DNA of 6,371 nucleotides from a virus (Duplodnaviria; Heunggongvirae; Uroviricota; Caudoviricetes): IMG/VR virus record IMGVR_UViG_2778261504_000024; one strand, 5' to 3'. Shown piece by piece: positions 5,130 to 6,371 of this stretch (position 1 is its first letter; each line of letters starts with the position of its first letter). The notes under the pieces were generated by a model. It saw only the letters and a program-made list of their open reading frames with translations, ran no database searches and was not told where the DNA came from. The position numbers and the translations under genes were made by a program.

Positions 5130-6371
5130 TTACACGGCACGGATACCCCTTTTACCACTGGCTATGGTCACTCCGGTAGCTGCGGCCTCTACAAATTCCC
5201 CCCACCAGCGCATAAGCACCACGCGCTTTTCCAGGTAGTTACTTCGGTTATATGCTCGCCTTACCTCGTTCGTGTCCACGTGTGCGAGCGCGGCCTCGAT
5301 TACGTCCGGCTCGAATCCTTCCTCGTTCGCTGCTGTGCTGAATATGGCGCGTAATCCGTGAGACACCAGCACACCAGCGTAACCCATCCGGCGCAATGCG
5401 GCGTTAGCGGTCTGGCTGCTCATTGGCAGCATCGGGTTTTTAAGGCTGGGAAAAACGTGTTCCCTGTGTGCGCTGATTGGCTTCATGGTTTCCAGTACAG
5501 CCATAGCCTGACCGCAAAGGGGGATCACATGGTCACGGCGCATCTTCATGCGTCCGGCTGGAATCGTCCATGTTTCGGCATCGAGATCTATTTCTTCCCA
5601 GCGTGCGGCGGCTGCTTCGGCTGGGCGTGCTACGGTCAGCAGTTGCCACTCGATTAGCAATCTGGTTTGCCGTTCTATGCTGGCGACCGATAAATCGTGC
5701 ATTAGCTGCGGTAGCTGTTCCGGTCGGATGGTTGGCATGTGCTTTTTGGTGGGTGAGGGAAATGCCTTGCGGACGTTAGCAGCGGTGTTGATGTCAATCA
5801 GCCCACTGTTGGCGGCAAAATCCATCACTTCATTGATGCGCTGCAAAACGCGTTTCAGTGTTTCCAGGTTGCCGCGTGCTTTAATGGGGGTGAGTATCTC
5901 AACAAAGCGGCGAGCGGTGAGGGTATCTATTGGCGTGTTTCCGATGTACGGGAATACGTATTTTTCCAGGGATCGCCAGATATCCTTAATCGTGTTGTAA
6001 GCCAGATTCTGGCCTTTTTTCATCTCGTACCAGTCCGAGGCAACTTTTTCGAACGTGTTGCCCTTTTTCCGACTCTCTGCTTCACGTTTCCGGCGTTCGT
6101 GGTCCTGTGGGTCAACTCCCTTCGCTATGAGTGACCTGTATTCATTCCGTCGTTCTCTGGCATCGGACAGGGAAACATCATTCAGCGATCCGAGGCTGAT
6201 GATAGTCCGTTTTTTATCTGCCGGGCGGTAGTACGTAAAACGCCAGATTTTTGATCCGGAGGGCTTCACCAGAAGAAATAATCCTCCGCCATCCTGCAGG
6301 GTATATTCCTTTTCCCCTGGTCGTGCGTTTTTGATCTCCGTAATAGTTAGTGGGGTGGTTTTTCGTGCCAT
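5130..6371 (-). CDS. int: Site-specific tyrosine recombinase / phage integrase, P4 (IntA)-type, 413 aa
   Basis: N-terminus MARKT...GGGLFLLVKPSGSKIWRFTYYRP is the DUF4102-like arm-binding domain typical of P4-family integrases. C-terminal catalytic motifs are present: Arg in TVARPAEA, HGLRAIFST (H-x-x-R), HVDTNEVRRAYNRSNY (catalytic Tyr region). ATG sits exactly at the window edge (6371-6369). Confidence 0.93.
   Translation of the reverse strand: MARKTTPLTITEIKNARPGEKEYTLQDGGGLFLLVKPSGSKIWRFTYYRPADKKRTIISLGSLNDVSLSDARERRNEYRSLIAKGVDPQDHERRKREAESRKKGNTFEKVASDWYEMKKGQNLAYNTIKDIWRSLEKYVFPYIGNTPIDTLTARRFVEILTPIKARGNLETLKRVLQRINEVMDFAANSGLIDINTAANVRKAFPSPTKKHMPTIRPEQLPQLMHDLSVASIERQTRLLIEWQLLTVARPAEAAAARWEEIDLDAETWTIPAGRMKMRRDHVIPLCGQAMAVLETMKPISAHREHVFPSLKNPMLPMSSQTANAALRRMGYAGVLVSHGLRAIFSTAANEEGFEPDVIEAALAHVDTNEVRRAYNRSNYLEKRVVLMRWWGEFVEAAATGVTIASGKRGIRAV

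Larger units (their letters stand above)
1..6371. mobile_element. Internal segment of an integrative mobile element (P4-like satellite / genomic-island type): integrase, AlpA-like regulator, RepA-like replication ATPase, iteron origin, SSB. Boundaries and att site lie outside the window.
   Basis: Co-occurrence in one orientation of a tyrosine integrase with DUF4102-like N-terminus, an AlpA/Vis-family small regulator, a P-loop replication ATPase followed by iterons, and an SSB-like gene. Int start codon sits at the right window edge and the SSB stop at the left edge. Confidence 0.7.

Noticed and set aside
4996-6000. Plus-strand ORFs 4996..5238, 5085..5354, 5358..5657, 5548..6000, 5570..5779
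   Set aside because: Antisense to the integrase gene, whose tyrosine-recombinase motifs are unambiguous.
5130-6371. att site or tRNA target next to the integrase
   Set aside because: No tRNA-like sequence or direct repeat is visible inside the window. The integration site is expected beyond the right edge and cannot be assessed.

Overview
This 6.4 kb window looks like an internal slice of an enterobacterial-type integrative mobile element (P4-like satellite or phage-related genomic island); no att site, tRNA or element boundary is visible. Nearly all credible genes are on the minus strand. From the right edge leftward: a P4-type tyrosine integrase (5130-6371), a 76-aa basic protein with its own terminator, an AlpA/Vis-family regulator (4424-4630), then a leftward operon of three small unknown proteins (68?, 157, 99 aa) translationally coupled to a 471-aa RepA/AAA_25-like replication ATPase (873-2288), an iteron-type putative origin (about 680-875), and a coupled orf83-SSB pair (1-671). 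The plus strand carries only a small RBS-supported operon (ribbon-helix-helix-like 101-aa protein plus a 57-aa basic protein, 3641-4177) that converges on alpA and ends in two tandem intrinsic terminators flanking a promoter-like element, possibly a ~70-nt sRNA. Between the two operons lies a compact divergent-promoter switch carrying three copies of TGAAACACAC. No protein here matches a defence or toxin family I can recognise. The most likely places for undescribed biology are the plus-strand RHH/57-aa/sRNA module, the three small genes upstream of rep, and a G10 tract inside orf157. All calls are from reading the sequence and ORF translations by eye; no database search was run.
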